Part shown: piece after piece, positions 18,676 to 20,000 of the stretch
Numbering within the stretch: position 1 is the stretch's first letter
How the letters are laid out: each line of letters begins with the position of its first letter
DNA from: Chromera velia
Taxonomy: Eukaryota
Direction: 5' to 3'
NCBI GenBank assembly: GCA_018398765.1
Contig: JAHBMJ010000488.1
Span: 107,397-127,396 of the forward strand
Length of the DNA stretch: 20,000 nt
Translations under genes and position numbers: made by a program
Notes under the pieces: model-generated
Seen by the model: only the letters and a program-made list of their open reading frames with translations
The model's database searches: none
Told to the model about the DNA's origin: nothing

Positions 18676-19100
18676 CTCTTCTTCTTCTTCATCTCCTCCT
18701 CTGTCCGACTGATGGTCCTCTTCGAGCTTAACCTTAACGTCTTCCTTCTCTTTGTTCTCCCTCTCCTCCATCTTGATTGGAGGAAAGGACCAGCTGGGGG
18801 AATCGCATTGGGGCGCAACTGACCACTCAACGTGTTGTCGGGCACGCCCGACATGGTAAGGCCTGGGACCGGGCCGCCTTCTCGCTTAACGCCTACATGC
18901 ACTGTCTATCTTCACCGCATTCGCACCCGTCTGGGGGAAGGGTTGAGGGGGAGCGTAAAGGAGACCAGCCTGAGGAGGGTGTGCATTTGCATCCGGACGG
19001 AGGAAGGTTTGAGGGGGGATTGCATTTGGCAATGCACCCGGACGGAGGAAGGTCTGAGGGGGGATCGCATTTGGGGAATGCGGCGCAGTAGTCAGGAAGC
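18676..19100 (-). pseudogene. Frameshifted Pro-rich/acidic coding remnant
   Basis: PNAIPPQTFLRPGALPNAIPPQTFLRPDANAHPPQAGLLYAPPQPFPQTGANAVKIDSA (stop at 18886-18888), shift to GVKREGGPVPGLTMSGVPDNTLSGQLRPNAIPPAGP, shift back to FPPIKMEERENKEKEDVKVKLEEDHQSDRGGDEEEEE|gttagt donor at 18675. The PNAIPP motif recurs across the frames. Confidence 0.55.
18983..19074. repeat. 45-bp tandem repeat (2 copies, plus a degenerate copy near 18922-18955)
   Basis: ccggacggaggaagg at 18993 and 19038; encodes a 15-aa PNAIPPQTFLRP(G/D)A unit on the minus strand. Confidence 0.9.
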
Positions 19101-19391
19101 CAAGGGGAGAGGGAAGAAGACGAGCAGAGGAGCACTCGTTGGTTCATGTATTTCTTTTTTTTTTTTTTTTCTTTCTTTCTTTCTTTCTTTCTGTCTGTCT
19201 GTCAGTCTTTCTTTCTTTCTCTCGTTCTTTCCTGCCTTGCATTTTTCGTTGGGCTGTGCTGGGAAGTGGGAGTCTCGTTCGTCCTTTTCTCCCTCCATTC
19301 TGTCGATTCAAATTTCCTGCCTGTCTGCCTGCCTCCCTTCCTGCGTGTCTGCCTGCTGGATTGATCAGTCACTGCCCATCTGTCTGCTCAC

Positions 19392-19739
19392 GCCAGCCTT
19401 CTTCCAGGTATCTCTGCGTGTGTCAGCCCTGTTGCTGCAAGGGCGTCTGCTTTGCTGTGTCAGACTGAACTTCAGGATTTCGATGGTCTATGCCTCAAGC
19501 TCCTTCATCTGCCTTGCTTCGCACCTGATTTCTATCCTGTCTGCCGTGCATCAGCTCGTCCTGCTGCTGTCTGACTGCTGTCATTGTGTTTGTGAGTGCA
19601 TGCAGCGACTGACCCCTGCAGGAACGCTCTGGTATATAGGAATTCCTTCGATATTGAGTCCGGTTCTGGCGTCGTTCTGTTGGCTCGCTATGTTTATCGC
19701 AAGAAAGTCGACGAGCTGCTGCACACTGAGCTCTGCCAT
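19392..19739 (-). pseudogene. Putative first coding segment of the degenerate minus-strand gene (MAELSVQQLVDFLAINIASQQNDARTGLNIEGIPIYQSVPAG...)
   Basis: ATG at 19739; 42 clean codons up to a possible GTCAGT donor (19613). If read through, the frame contains TGA, TGA and TAG before a GTGAGC donor at 19391, while an overlapping frame reads QSLHALTNTMTAVRQQQDELM. Confidence 0.42.
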
Positions 19740-19969
19740 TGTGCTTCTGTGTTCTTTTTTGTGCCGACTGGTATGCCTGACAGTCCCAGTGACCGTCAGT
19801 GACAGAGCTCGGAAGCTTGTAAGAGCGTAGAAAGTGCTCAGCTCTGCCATCGTGCCCTTGTGTACTCGTGCGTGCTTGCTGGTAGGCCTGACAGTCTCAT
19901 ATACACACATATGATTCGCACATATACAGAGACGCGCAGACACAGTGAGAAAACGCACGCGCGCGCAAG

Positions 19970-20000
<31 letters not shown>

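Noticed and set aside
18832..19830. 332-aa plus-strand ORF
   Set aside because: Runs through T/TTTC microsatellites and is rich in C/L/S/F; best explained as the antisense shadow of minus-strand coding remnants.

Overview
Eukaryotic, intron-rich genomic DNA. The ~250-450 nt GT-AG introns filled with TCTG/GAGT/CA/TC microsatellites resemble chromerid alveolates such as Chromera; this is an inference from sequence style only. (1) 261-8317 (+): an 18-exon gene, 5'-truncated by the window, encoding >=821 aa: long coiled coil, Ser/Gln low-complexity linker and C-terminal ankyrin-like repeats. All introns are phase 0, and 13 consecutive coiled-coil exons are 54/63/72/126 nt with introns at a fixed heptad register. 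(2) 8318-13390: low-complexity intergenic DNA with no supportable gene. (3) ~13390-14960: a sharply bounded AT-rich island lacking host-type microsatellites. It carries a 242-bp MITE (17-bp TIRs, 8-bp TSD) and a 5'-truncated LINE 3' end with hairpins and an AATAAA-(TCACTTA)n tail. (4) ~15080-19900 (-): fragments of a probably degenerate spliced gene (frameshifts and stops) mixed with local duplications and a long CA/GA microsatellite array. Most ORFs in the supplied track are microsatellite or antisense artefacts.
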